Shown piece after piece: positions 1-15,195 of a stretch of DNA of 64,000 nucleotides (positions within the stretch are counted from its first letter, which is position 1; each line of letters begins with the position of its first letter). This stretch comes from the human T2T-CHM13v2.0 reference genome, Homo sapiens: the NCBI RefSeq assembly GCF_009914755.1, contig NC_060932.1, one strand, 5' to 3'. The position numbers and the translations under genes were made by a program. The notes below the pieces were generated by a model. It saw only the letters and a program-made list of their open reading frames with translations. It was not told the DNA's origin and made no database searches.

Positions 1-1953
1 GCCTACAGCACTCGGCAGACAATCCCCACCACAGACCCACATCCCAGCCCCGGGGAGCCTGCCACATGCGTGGTTCTCACCCACCACCCTCAGTGACTCA
101 CGGCAGGAGATGGTGCTAACCCCGCGCCCTCCAGACCAAGGGCACACCCAGCAGGTGCTCCCCAGCTCCCTTCGCTCTGTGTGTGCCCTTCATTATGCCT
201 TTATCATAGCGGATCAGAACCATTTCATTCTGTATCTGTTTCCACTCAGCTGTGAGCCTGCTGAGGACAGGGGCACCAGGACCTTATCTGTCTGTAGCTG
301 CAGAACTAATAAAAATTGTACTTAGCCTATGAAGCTGCCAACAGCAAAGCAGAAGTCCAGGGATAAAGTGTCCAAGACAAGGATGATTTTGACAGATTCC
401 ATCTGGAAACTGCTGACACCGTAAAAACCTGACTTCCCTCAGGAACAGCAGCCGTCAGGGCCGCGCAGAGCACCGCAGAGCGCTGATCAGGAAAGCGACG
501 CCAGACGAACCGGTCGAGAGGAATGACAGTCAACAACCACTCACCTTTTGTTTCTTGGTATTTAATTCATCAATCTTATTCACAGGGAAACATATCCAAG
601 AAGAGATGGGTGGGGACTACGACTGGCCTCAAGTGCCTCGTGTGTATGACGGCGTGGAGGCTGCTTGCTCCGAGTCCGGAGCAACTGAGAGAGCTGGAGA
701 GGGCAACCGCGCCAGCTGTAGTAGCAAGGTGGGGCCAGCCGCTCCCATCCTGAATGCTGCTATACATTTCTTATCAGCTCCAAACAGCTCTGGTTTAAGA
801 AATTCTTAAGGAAGGTTATGGCTTGGCCGCTAGACCATGTATGGGAGAAAATCCTGGACAGTGGCATGAACACAGTCATGGAGGCTGCATCCTGATTGGT
901 GTCTGGGAGTCCGAAGCACGACCCTGAATTTGGGCCTCTAAACACCTCTCTGAATAAATGCCTAGAATCCTTCCTCAAACGGTAGAATTAACTTAAAAGT
1001 TTAAGTTTTAAACGTATCAAAGCAACTCGAAGCTCACTCTCACTAGAGGATTTGGGTCTTTGTTCACGTAAACGCCTTCATTAACTCTTAAGCTCTTCTC
1101 CAGGTTGAAGGAGCTCAATGTTAGCTCTTAAAAAAAAATATTCAATGAGTCCCACTCCCCATCACTGCCCCCAAATTAAAGACTCACTGGTTAACTGGAA
1201 ATGGCACTGAAACTTTATTCCACTTCCTTAATAATAATCCAGGACTTACAGTGTGTTAATAATCTACACGCTTACTAGGGGCCTGATAGACTACTGTTGG
1301 CTACTGTGTACACACTGTATCATTTTTGCAGAGAATTCCATAGATAAGGAAAAAAGATCACTTATAGTTCTATCAGAACCATCCTCTGCTTTAACTCTGG
1401 TCAACAGCAACAGGATGTGGGCTTGGCTGCCTCCTGGCAGATGAGATCACGCTTGGCCACTACCATCTCTTCGCAATTAGCCTTGGGCCAAAAGCGCGTC
1501 TTAGGCACTCAACAAATATTTTATTAATTGAATTTTGGAACACAATTAAAATAGGGATGTATTTTGGCTCCTTTTTCATTACTTGCATCGGAATTACTTG
1601 AAACCATCTTTGGGTGAGCCTAGTTCATGCTCCCATGCTACAGAGAACAAGTAAGTATTTTCCTGTATATTGCTAAAATAGTTTTATTGTCAAATACTAA
1701 GAAAGGCCTCAAGGGAAAAGAAAATGGCTCTGACCATCTATTCTAAAACCAAAGTCATAATTATGAGCCAAACCCAGCAGTAAATTCGTTTATGTTTAAC
1801 GATTCTATATAGCAGGTCTGATAATTTACTCACCAATGTAGACATTTTTCAACCAGCTTACCCTGTAACACTAACAGGAGCTTTAGTCTTCAAGTGTACA
1901 TATTACTGAGCTCTTCTTATGTCATAGGGGCTGACCTGCAATGCCTGACTTAA

Positions 1954-2267
<314 letters not shown>

Positions 2268-3109
2268 TAATTAAACTGGTAAAATCCATGTTTCCGGGCA
2301 TAGGACGTTGAAGTGTTTGGTTGATATATGAAGACAGTCCCGGATTTGTTTCCTAAGGAAGCACCTTGGCCTAATCCATAGCTACTGCCCAGGCCTTCCT
2401 TCAGGTGGAGATGAGGAGCAAGGATTTAGGAAGAGGGGGACAACCCTACATGTGATGTGGACATTTAACTACTGCACACAGATTCACTGCAGGCCTGCCA
2501 CGGACCAGGTGCTGAGAGCATTAACAACACGAGCCCGCTCCCCTCAGTCAGCATCGGCAGACACCTACCAGCTCTTCTTGATGCCTGAGAACATAACTCT
2601 GGATTCTCTGTTGCCCAACTCCTGCCAAAAGCTCAATGGCATTCATGAAAGAGTGTGTGATGCACAGCAGCCCACCCGTTATCCTAGATGCTGGCAGCAG
2701 GGGGGCTAACGCAAGTCAGTCAACAGCAGGCCACACCGCCCTGTCCTCTGGGAGAGCCACCTTCATCCCCTGGTGCTCCGGTCCCATGCCCTCAGTGTGC
2801 GTTACCGAATGCTAACAGCAAAACAACATCAGACACCTGCCTAGATCTTCATGGGGATGTTGCTGAGCATGCTACTCAAAACATCAGAATGTTCTCTTCG
2901 AGAGAATCCACTAGAGAGGTTTCCCAGCTCACTGCTGGGAAGAGATGCATTTCCCCAGTGTGACTGATACATGCCTGTTCTTGAGAGGGGGGCTCTTGTA
3001 GTCAATCACGCTTCCTTCTTGTCAGTTACCTCACAATCACGCTCTCTCCCATCTCCAGCCATTACGTAGGACATTATGAATTCCAGGTACTAACAGAACT
3101 TGTTGTTAG

Positions 3110-3485
<376 letters not shown>

Positions 3486-4073
3486 TAGCTACATATATGC
3501 ATTTCTTAAGGGAGTGATGGAACTAATTCATTTGATTTAATTTAACATGTACAAACAAAAGTAAAAACTGACAGGGAATGGTAAGGTGACATCTAATTAG
3601 AGGCAAAATTCCCTGAAACCTCTATAAGAACTCATGTCTGCAAAGAGCTTTTCTGCTTATAAAACAATTTCCCAAACATTTCATTTGATCCATGCATGGG
3701 AGGTATGTCTCATCAACCTCAGTTCAAGAAGAGGAAGTTAAATCATTTGTTCAAAGTCACACAGCTAACTGCAGAATGCGGGATAGGAATACAAGACTAC
3801 TGAACAAAAGCCAGTGGCTTTTCCAATTTTACATGAAGGGGGTTTATTGGTGCTTGGCATAAATATGTCAATGCATTTTAGTTACTATCCTTCCTTTCTG
3901 AAACCTACAGAGATGCGTACACATCAGTATCCCTCACACATCATCATGACAGTCTTAGAGAAGGAAGTGGCATACAGTCTTTTCTAGAAGTATGGCCCAT
4001 GGCATATCTTGGGGGAAAAAAGATCTTGCTTTGACAAGAAAAAGAAAAGTGCTGGAGGCTAAAGAATTATGGA

Positions 4074-4370
4074 GACCAGGCGTGGTGGCTCATACCTGTA
4101 ATCCTAGCACTTTGGGAGGCCAAGGCGGGTGGATCATGAGGTCAAGGGTTTGAGACCAGCCTGGCGAACACAGTGAAACCCTGTCTCTACTAAAAATACA
4201 AAAATTAGCCAGGCATGGTGGCACGCACCTGTAGTCCCAGCTACTCGGAGGCTGAGGCAGTAGAATTGCTTGAACCTGGGAGGCGGAGGTTGCAGTGAGC
4301 CTAGACTGCGCCACTGCACTCCAGCCTCAGCATCAGAGCAAGACTCTGTCTCAAAAAAAAAAAAAAAAAA
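4074..4370 (+). mobile_element. Alu (AluS-like)
   Basis: Full dimer with poly-A. Flanking aagaattat(at)ggag is TSD-like. Confidence 0.95.
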
Positions 4371-5429
4371 GAAGAAGAATTATATGGAGCAAGGACATCA
4401 CATCTGTCCTAATTCTCCCTACTTTCAAATGGCAAAAACTTAGAAGAAAGGCATGAAAAGCGAATCTGGACAGCACATTAAAGCGTGCACATTTTTATCT
4501 ATGGGTGAAAATTAGTCTCATATAAAACATGAGCCTATTTATTAGTAAGAAGAGAAGCATATAACCAGCCCTCTGCATCAGAAAGTGCCACAAGTCCAAG
4601 GAAGAGAACATGCAGTTCATAAAGCGTGCACTTGCTTCAAGGTTGCACTTTTCCAAGGTATGCTTTCTGACTTGGGAAGGGCAGATATTCATCAATGCAT
4701 TATCTTGACTCATAGGCATTACAGGTCACAAACCGAAACCAGGACTTTTGATCTGAAGCAGTGTGGTGGGATGAGTGGGCCTTGGGTGTCATTTGCTATT
4801 GTGTCCTTGTCTGTTGCCTCCCAACACCCACTTGCCTCTTCTCCTGTGCCCAGCTATTCGTAGGTTTTGCTTTAGGGGAACTACACACGGTCTCCTTGCA
4901 GCCATGTGGTTTGCAGGGACTCGGTCCGATCTGAGTACATAACTCCATGAGGGGCAGTGAAAAGCAAAAGGACATTGTCCCCCTGAAAGAAAGCAGTGTT
5001 CCTTTACAGGTGTTACTAAAAGGCACCTGCTCTCTTTTCCTGGACACAGTAGCAAGAGGATGTGAGGCCTGGAGGTGATGAGCCACTCTGATAGCACCTG
5101 GGGCCTGCAACTAAAGCCAACACTGCAGCGGACAGAGCTCAGAGGGAAAGAAACCAAGTTTTGATGAGGTTGTTTGAGCCCTGACTCCAGCCCTACCTGA
5201 ATTCCTCCCTGAACTTTCCAGGTATATGTGCCATAAATTATTTTTGCCTAAGTTAGCCTGGTTTCTATCAGCTGCTATTACAAAATATTCTAAGGGATCC
5301 AACTATTTACTCATTCAACACACAAGGTCACCTGGGGGCTACAAAGACAAAGAAGAGAGAAGGACCCAAAATGTCAACAAAGATGTCCAGTCAAGTTCCA
5401 TAAGCGCTACAGAAGAAAGATATGGCATA

Positions 5430-5856
5430 CACTGTTGGCTGGCTGACCAAGCACGAATTTCTGACCCCATTCTCCATTCCCCACCTATATCACAGATTCT
5501 AGGAAAGCTAAATATTTATTTTCTCAGCCTGTCTTGCAATTAGAGATGGCCATGAGACACACTTCCTGTTAATGAGACTGGGGCAGAAGCCTACTCGAAT
5601 CTGTCAAGAACATTTTTGCTTCCCTATTAAGCAAAAGATAGACATCTCTAGACCTGCCCTGTCTCCCTTCTTTCTGCCTTGGATGTAGATGTGTTATCTG
5701 GAGCTGCAGCAGCCATCTGGTAATCTTGAGGTAAAGACAGAGTTACAGAGAGGCCACCTGTTTCCGGCTTCTTAATAAACTAGAAAAATATCTTCCTATT
5801 GACTATCTACTATTAGGTCTTCTGTTCTTTACAGCTGAAATAATTCCTAACTTACA
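5430..5856 (+). mobile_element. Old MaLR LTR (MLT1-like) remnant
   Basis: Motifs 'cttgcaattagagatggccatgagac', 'ggagctgcagcagccatc' and terminal 'cagctgaaataattcctaacttaca' are typical of old MLT1 LTRs. Confidence 0.6.
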
Positions 5857-6460
5857 AAGAAAGTATAGTCATTTCTACTTGGGTGGCTCTGGAAAAGGCT
5901 TTATAGAGGACATAATCCTTGAACTAAAATCGTGAAAGATGACTAAGTGTCATCAGGCAGAGCAGGGAAGCACAGGCATTCCAAGCCAGAGATAAAGCCT
6001 CAACGAAGGAACAAAACCGGCCACACATTTGGCCCACTCTAAGTATTCCCACAAGGGAAAGCAGGAGCGTAGGACCAAGGAAATAGGGCGCTCACAATCA
6101 AAGCTGGAGACAGGGCAGGCCACAGAGGCCCTGCAAGCCATGCAAAGCAAGTACATTAGAGTCTGTTCTCTAAGCGGTGGGGAGCAGAGTAGGCTACGAG
6201 ATACTCCGGCTCTCCAAATGTTCCAAAGACCTTCCCTTTCATTTGACCGGTCGTACTGAGGTTCCGTGGGTTTACCACACTGAATCTCAGGCAGTTCTTC
6301 TTCCCAGTTTTCAATGAGACCAGGTACGATCCACGTGAGGAAGGAGTCACCAGGACACTTAGGGGTTACTTCTCTAGCTAAAGTCTTCAGAAAATCATCA
6401 CGAATATGTTTATGCAGATGGTGGGTCATACATAAAATTAGATTTTTGAAAACAGCCCAT

Positions 6461-6817
<357 letters not shown>

Positions 6818-9107
6818 TCAGCTAACTGTTCGCAGGGAGCTCTGCCACAGGAGCCTCAGGACCCTAACAGAGAAAGAGACACACTGCCCAGGAAAGGGAC
6901 GCGCACAGAAGGTTCGGAAAACAGCACTTGCCCAAACGGTAGACTGTTACACTTTCACCCAATCTGCCTTTTCTAATGTTTCAACAGCCGAGGGACTAAA
7001 ATGTGAATGTTACAGTACTTTTCAATGTACTGTTTGAAAACACAGGTGAAAAAATGTCTCCAAGAAGAAAACCAAGATGTACTGAGCGCTTCCTAGGCGC
7101 TAGGCATGCTGCTCTGCGCTTTTGTGTGCCTCTGCTCAGCTGAAACAAAACAAACCACCCTGTGTGGGGCAATTTTTAAGCCCGGCTTAAAGATGAAGAA
7201 AACGAAGTGTAAAGAGACTGCTTCTCTACCACGGCCACACACAAGTGAGAGTGAACCCAGGGCCTCTCGCTTAACTCCAGGGCTGCCTGGCAGGCTGTGA
7301 GGAGAACAAGCACGCTTCTTCCTTGGTTCCAATGACCTGCAAGGACCGATCATCCCCAGCTTCAGGGACAAGAAGCCTCAGCTCCTGGATATCTACACAC
7401 AGCACCAAACACCCAGAATGTTCTGTAAGCTTCATAACATTCTACTAGGCAAGGTTTTCTAAATTTAAAAATGATTCAAGTCATGATGTAAATATAAAAT
7501 TATTAAGAAAGGCTTTTCTAGACCTTAATCTTTAAAAAATGAATCATGCCCTTAATCCCAAGTCAAATGCATTCGGCTCTAAGTCTTAGTCATAGAAAAG
7601 CCTCAAAGGCCCCTTTGCTCCACAGCCTGCCTGAGTGCTGAGCAAGCACTGGGCACTGCAGAGCAGCCACGCCCTTCCTGGGCCCTCCAAACAGCGGTGT
7701 TGCAAGTCCCTCTGGACATTCTGAGGAGCAGCCACAGCACCTTCTCAGGCCACAGCCACGCCTTTTGGATGCTGCCCCTTGCAGCTCTGCCTGATGAACA
7801 ATCTCAGCAGTGCTCTTCAGAACACCTTAAAATTCCAGTGTGGCCTGCCAGGGGCTGCAATGCACAGCGACCCTTTCTGCCCCCACTTCTCGGGAGCACA
7901 CAACTCTTTGGCAAAAAGAAACCATTTCATTTGGCAGTACTATACTTGCCTTCAAAGAATGCAGGGAGAAAGAAAACTAACATTTCTTAAGCACCATACA
8001 CATGCTTTTACATGTTACTTCATTGAATTCTCATAATAGCTTAATGCTATCGGTTTTCTTCTTAATTTTGGGGGCATAGTGGGGAGATAAGCAAACTGAT
8101 ACCCCGGAGGTTGAGTGACTCATTCATGGAATGCAGCAGGCCCGTGAGTCAAAGCGAGTACATGGCAAGACCGAGTGAAGCTGGGGAACAATAGCCAAGC
8201 CAAGAGCGTTTTAAAGATACTTAGCATCTTCATCACACTGAATCCTAAGGTGACAGCACTTCCACTCGACAGCAAAATGTCAGATTCAACTGTTTCTTTC
8301 CGGTCTTCAAACAAATATTTCAGAAATTCAGAAATCACCTCACAAGATCAGTTCATAAACCTTTTGCAGGTCCTAAGCCTTGAGTGGTGAAGAAAAAACA
8401 AAAACCTTTTGCAAGGACCCACTTTGCATGTGCCAAAAGGTCTCCACTCTAAAATCTCACACTCTTAGGAGTGACAGTCACACAGAAAGGACGGCACATG
8501 GCAGCAAATCCTGGGAGAGCAGTGAGCAATGGGTGCCATGGAAACTCAGGGAGCTCGCCTCTCAGGAAAGGTGTCCTGGAAATGGGGCTGAGGATGAGCA
8601 TGAAGGAACAAGGGAGCACAGACAGAATGAAGCCAGGAGAGGAGAGAGCCTGCCAGGCAGAGGCAGTGCAGAGCAAAGGTGGGAGCTGGCAAGTGCTTGT
8701 GTGGGCGAGGAGCTGCCCTGTTCCCGTGTGGCTGGGGTGCATGGCCTGCGGAAAGGGAAATGACTGAAAACTTCCAAGGAGAAGACGATGTGATCAGACT
8801 GGTTTCCACCACGGTGTAGTGGTCGCAAGGCAGGCTTTCGAACAAAGCAAGGCTGGGTGCAGACGTGACTCCGCCATTTAGTGGGCATGGAATTGCAGCA
8901 GTTACAGAATGTCGCTGGCCCTGACTCTCTCATCTCTAAAATACTTACTTCCATGTCATAGGGCTGCTTTCAAGTTTAATGAGATAATGAACCCGATACA
9001 CAGCCAACAAAAATGGGAACTCTTCTAAAGATCTCTATTCACAATCAGACTAGAGGACGGTGTCCCAGAGGGCAGCTGCCTTTCCGGCTCTGCAGTGCCC
9101 ATCTCAC

Positions 9108-9234
9108 CTGACGATGGGAAGCTTGGTGAAGGGCACCGGTGGCAGGGTGAGGCCGCCAGGGAGGGCGATGGGCTCCATGGTCCCAGGACACTTGGACGTA
9201 TAGTTCTCTAGGCTTTGGGCCACATCTTTCTTTT
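9108..9234 (-). CDS. TRAPPC9: TRAPPC9 internal coding exon (127 nt; probably exon 10)
   Basis: Strong pyrimidine tract tttgttttcatcttctcttcag|AAAAGAAAG...CATCGTCAG|gtgaga. Translates (E)[41 protein letters not shown](R), the end of ORF 9104..9298, matching TRAPPC9 as recalled. Confidence 0.97.
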
Positions 9235-10600
9235 CTGAAGAGAAGATGAAAACAAAATAAAGATGTATTAGGCAAAAGTCAAAGTGGCTGGCTTTCATTT
9301 TACTTGGGGCATTTCATGACAGTCCAGTGAGTCCAATCTTCTGACAGAAATGAAGGGGCAGTGAGCAAAAGAGACCAGAACAAAGCAGAAGCCATATTCC
9401 ACTTATTCGAAAATCACCGGCACTGCTCCTCTTAAGGGCCTGTGGATAAAAGGGAAATTAAGTTAGTATCCTCCAGGAGACTTCCATTTTCCAAGAAAAT
9501 AAACCCTTATCAAATTTCAAGAAAGTCTGTAGGCAGGACTAGAGAATCAGTATATTTTATAACTTAACCATACTTTTTCAGCAATTACTAGGTAATTACC
9601 AAGCAAAATGCCAGGACCTGTCTGTCCCTCAGGAGTTTGTAATTTATCTGTATGACAGACACTTAGGCAAATAATTACAAATCAACATTTTTGATGCAAA
9701 TATAGAGCTTTGTGAGAAAAGACTGTTGTTCACCATCCTGCCCCCATCCCTTTCACAAGGAGGGAGGAAAAGAGGACACAGGTGATAATCATGTCCGCTT
9801 CCTGTCCATGGCACAGTCTAGACAGGCCACGGACACAGACCCCTTCTCACCCACAGCATGACAGAGCTCAGGAGCACCTGCTGTGCTCTAGGACTCAGGC
9901 TGGCTCAGGAAGGCAGGCACTCCTGTCCCCACTTTGCAGATGAAAAACCTGAGACCAAGGGAAATTAAGCAGCTTGTCAAAGACCATGTACTTGGCCTAA
10001 GGCCTGTGGTTTTCTCCCTAGAGTGTTTTAAAGAATTAAGGAAAGGATGGGATTATGGGAGGGGTGTGAACAAGGAAGTCCCTCCTTGCAGCATCTAGCT
10101 TCTCTGTGAAATACCAAAGTGACTGCTGATGGGGAAGACAGAGGACTTGGAGAGAAGAGCAGCAGAGGGACACGATCGCCAGGGATGACACCTAGAACAG
10201 CGAAGTTAGATCCGACTCCAGGAGATGCCTTGGTCTTTCCCTATCTACTGTGCTACCACCTTAGGGGAAGTCCTTCAACCTTTCTGCATCTTGTTTGCCT
10301 GCAGTAAGAGGAGTGCCTATATCAGGAATTACTAAGGATAAATGCGATAATACATTAAAAAAGCAGTGAATGGCAGATACGGTGCACTGAATAAACTGAA
10401 ATGATAATAACCATTATCATCATTATCATATAGCTGCACTGGAGTGGACAAAGAGCAGGTAAGTAGCTGTAAAGTGAAGCCAAGTGCTCCACTGAGGCTG
10501 GTGACCATAAATAATAAATATCAAGGCAAGGGCTTCATAGAGCTCAGGCACATGTATTAATTGTTAAACTGCTACCATAGGAATTTTCTGTGCCTACGCA

Positions 10601-10974
<374 letters not shown>

Positions 10975-12169
10975 TGAATACAACACAACAATGTTAATCT
11001 GAAACATGAAAAAAGCCTTTAAATAACCAAATCATTCTCAATCTATAAAAATCTCCCAAAGGGCTCCAGCTGATATCATGTATATTATCTAATTTGCCTA
11101 ATGTTAGGCAGAGCACTTATGGTTGAGGTATCCTATTCAGTTGAATTCTACCACCCCATACACACTCTCGGTAAATGCTGCTGAAATAAAGGGATCTATT
11201 TGTGGTGCCTCATGCCACTTGCACCGTTATCCAAGAAAGGAAAGGCACCACAGTGTATCACTCGGCTAAGCTCTGAATGGCATTTCTAGACAGAAAATAA
11301 CGTACACACTGAGTAGCACAGGGGAGGCTGCTTCACCGCAGCGTGGTCTGGCTGTGCCATTTCATTAGAGAACCCCCGTGTTTGTGCTTTAGGTCTGGTC
11401 ACTATGCTGTGGAGGAATGTCCTATGTAGGGATATAGCCTGGCTGTGAGCACTCTCAGAGCTTTGTGGAAGGCCAGGTTGGGGATGCCTCAATATTCACT
11501 TACTCCCCATGAGCGTAGCAGGGCACACCTCTCCGCTGTGCCTGCTGACTCCCTGAAGGGAGTCAAATGCTAATCTTCTGCTGGGGTGGAAAAGGGACCG
11601 TCGCCAGCTGCAGGGGCAGAAGCGATCTGCGGATATGTAATCAATTGTAAATGATTTTCAGCAGCGCCTACTGCCGTGTGGTGCTCCTGCTAGGGACAGG
11701 GAATGGGGGTTGCTTCTTGGCTTTCCCCTACTGCCATATGACCCCATCGCCATTTCAGTGGGGTTTCTAGAGTCAAACGCTTATGCCCAATTGTCAGCAT
11801 GGCCCATCCAGTGCAAAGGCCCCATCCACCTTCTCCTAAAGGATTCAAGTGTCGGCTATAAATTGTTGCCAGATCTATTATTTCATCAGGAATTACAAAC
11901 TGGTGATTTTCTAATTCTCTAATTCCTCTGCACTTAGAAGCTAGAATTTGTTTATAAGGAAGGATTTTTTCCTCATCAATCATTTGGTTATCCTGGAACG
12001 CAGACAACACAGACATTAATAAACGGTTGAGTCTTTCCCTTTATTTACTGAGTGGAAAACTATTGCCCTGTGAAACTCCAGTAATGACCAATGTGTTTTG
12101 TTTATTGTTTAGTATCATTATATACCTATGGATTTTTATCTCTTTGATGTTTCCATTGATTGTTATCAC

Positions 12170-13092
12170 ATCCTTTTTTATTTCTAATGGATACATAATA
12201 ATTGCACATATTTCTGGGGTACAGTATGATGTTTTAATGCATTTACTGTATAACAATCAAATCAGGGTCATCAGCGTATCCACTGCATCAAACATTTATC
12301 GGTTCTTTGTGATAAGAGCATTCAAATTCCTCTCTTCTAGATCTTTTGAAATATACCTTTTTGTGAACTATAGTCACCCAACCGTGCATTAGAATACCAG
12401 AACTTACTTCTCCTAACTAGAGCATTGTATCCACTGTCCATCCTCTCCCCATCTCCCTTCTCCCAACCATCCCCAGACTCTTCTAACCTCTATTCTGCTA
12501 ATTCCATGAGACAAACGTTTAAAAATTTCACACCTGAGGAAGACCATGAGGGATTTGTCTTTCTGTGCCTGGCTTTTTTCACTTAACATATGCCCTCCAG
12601 GTCCATCTGTGTTGTTGCAAATGACAGGATTTAATTCTTTTTTATGGCTGAATGGTATCCCACTGTGTATCTATATCACATTTTCTTTATCCATTCATCT
12701 GCTGAATGGCACTTAGGTTGATTCCGTATCTTGGCTATTTGAACAGTGCTGCAATAAATGCAGGCATGCAGTCACCCCTTCGACACTGACTTCATTTCCT
12801 TTGGATATATGCTCAGTAGCGGAATGGAAGATCATACAGTGGTTCTATTTTTAAGTTTTTTGAGGAACCTCCATACTGTTTAACATAATGGCCGTACTAA
12901 TTTACATTCCCACCAATAGCGTGTAAAGAACCCCTTTTCTTCACCTCCTCACCAACATTTCATCTTTTGACTTTTTGATAATAGGTATTCCAGCTGGAGA
13001 AAGGTGATCTCTCATAGCGGTTTTCATTTGCATTTCCCTGATGATTAGTGATGTTAAGCATTTTTTCATACATCTTTTGGCCATTTGTATGT
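12170..13092 (-). mobile_element. L1 (L1MA-like) 3' UTR and ORF2 C-terminus
   Basis: Typical reverse L1 3' sequence such as 'ttttatggctgaat', 'tttacattcccacca' and 'gcatttccctgatgattagtgatg'. Confidence 0.85.
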
Positions 13093-13112
13093 CTTTTTTT
13101 TTTTTTTTTTTT

Positions 13113-14292
13113 GGTGGGCATGTGAGATTTAAGGGCTGATTTTGAGAGATAAAATAAGTTCAGTTTCTCTATAAATTAATCATTATTGTCAAAGACACAC
13201 TGATGCAAGACCAGCATATGAGCCCCTGTGTCAGATTAACAAGGTCTTCTTGAAGCATTAACCAACTCCTTAGTAAAGGTTATAAAGATTATAAAAAGCT
13301 TATGAAAGTTATATCTTGTGTTCAAGATTAAAATTTTATAGTTTATAAAATTTTGAAAAACAAATTTAATTGGTTTCATGCTATTTTATTAGGAAATATT
13401 GTTTGGAAAATTAAGGCTTCTTTCTCAAAGAACGAAGGTTTTCACCTTTCTAAAAAAATCCTTGAGTTATTACTTTGGTCAAATGAATGACTTATTTTAC
13501 AATGATCTGTGATATAAGTGTTTTAAACCTTTGACCTTTCCAAAATCAAATTATAAATTATATCTTTTTCTGAACTAATTAATCCTTTAAGATACTAGGT
13601 TCCCTAAAGTCCAAAAGTGACATAATTTGTCTTATTTGGTATAAAAATTACACAGGAAACACTGTCAAATATGAAATGGTGTTTAGTTTTCTTTAGGCTA
13701 TATTTACACAAATATGTTATTGGTATGTGTTCCAAAATCATGGGAAACTCCTATAATTCTGATATGACTTAGTGTACATTATCAGTAATAATTATAATTG
13801 TTATGTTAAATTATTGTGTGCCACAGAGGTAACAAATTTCCTTATGGATTGTATCTTTGACTATGGCTGCCCTAAAACCTTTTGTCATCCACAGACAATT
13901 GTTGTCTGTTTTGGTCTTTAGAAGGTGGTTTTATAATCAGCTATAAAACTCTACCAGGTGCTGTTGAATACAAGTTTCTGATAACTTTGGAGACTGTGAC
14001 ATCAGAATAGAAGAAAAACTTTCAGGACTCATGGAGAACTGAAATGTTCAGGAATATCAAGCAGAATGGGAATTAACTACAGACTGAACTAATACAAGAC
14101 TGAAGTAATCTTTTTGATTTTTTGCTTAAAACGTTGCTGGTCCTTTGTTTTTTCAGAGTCAAGGAAACTTTTCTTTTGAGCTATTAACAGCTTTTAATGA
14201 TTGAGTGTACTCCTATGAACAAAATTTAGAACATATTTGTTTCATTCTACCTGACTCTTCCAGAATTTGGAAACTATTTGTGAGTATTCTTA
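13113..14292. mobile_element. ERV1-class internal fragment (MER4-group-like, non-coding)
   Basis: AT-rich non-L1 block resembling MER4-group internal sequence, with no LTRs visible. Subfamily uncertain. Confidence 0.55.
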
Positions 14293-15195
14293 ACACCTAA
14301 TTTGTTGAGAGTTTTTATCATGAAGGGATGCTGAATTTTGTCAAATGCTTTTTCTGCTTCTATAGAAATGATAATATGGTTTTGGTTCTTCATTCCGTTA
14401 ATGTGATATGTCACATCTATGTTCAACCATGTTCGCATCCCTGGGATGAATTCCACTTGATCATGGTGGAAGATCTTTCAAATGTGCTGTTGAATTTTGT
14501 TTGCCAGTATTTTGTGGAAGATTTTTGCATCTAATCTTCATCAGGGATATCTGTCTTTTGAGATTAGTTTTCTTTTGTTGATGGTGTGTCTTTCTCTGGT
14601 TTTAGTATACCAAAGTAATGCTGGCTTCACAGAATGAGTTTGGAAGTAGTTTGAGAAAAATTGGTACTAGTTCTTTGTTAAATGTTTCAGCAGTGAAGCC
14701 CTCAGGTCCCGGGCTTTTCTTTGATGGGAGACTTCTTATTACTGATTCAATTTTCTTATTCGTTTTTGGTCGTTCAGATTTTCTATTTCTTCATGATTCA
14801 TTCTTGGCAGATTGTATGTGTCCACGCAGTTATCCACGTCTTCTAGGTCACTGAGTTTGTTGGCATATAATTGTTTGTAATAGTCTCTTGTGATCTTTTA
14901 TGTTTCTGTGTTATCAGTTGTAAATTTCTCCTTTTTGATCTCTGATTTTATTGATTTGACATTTATTCTTTTTTTCATAATCTAGCTAAAGGTTTGTTAA
15001 GCTTTTCAAAACACCAGCTCTTCATTTCATTAATCTTTTGTATGGTTTTTCTCATCTCTATTTCATTTATTTCCACTCTGATCTTTATTATTTCCTTCTT
15101 TCTACTAACCTTGGTTGAGTCTGTTCTTGTTTTTCTAATTCCTTAAGATGCAGTGTTAGATTGTTTATTTGAAAGCTTTCTTCTTTTTTGATGTA
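14293..15195 (-). mobile_element. L1 ORF2 fragment
   Basis: ORF 14274..14456 gives L1 RT-like [32 protein letters not shown] 15088..15339 ends in L1-like [17 protein letters not shown]. Confidence 0.9.

Noticed and set aside
2498-2517. REST/NRSE-like site (TCAGCACC on minus)
   Set aside because: Only the left half-site matches. Spacing and the right half do not fit.
8943-9107. Consensus donor GAA|gtaagt 159 nt (53 codons) beyond the exon's donor
   Set aside because: The extension length is in frame, but it hits TGA immediately after the real donor (AG|G TGA), so it could only give a truncated NMD product. There is no evidence it is used.
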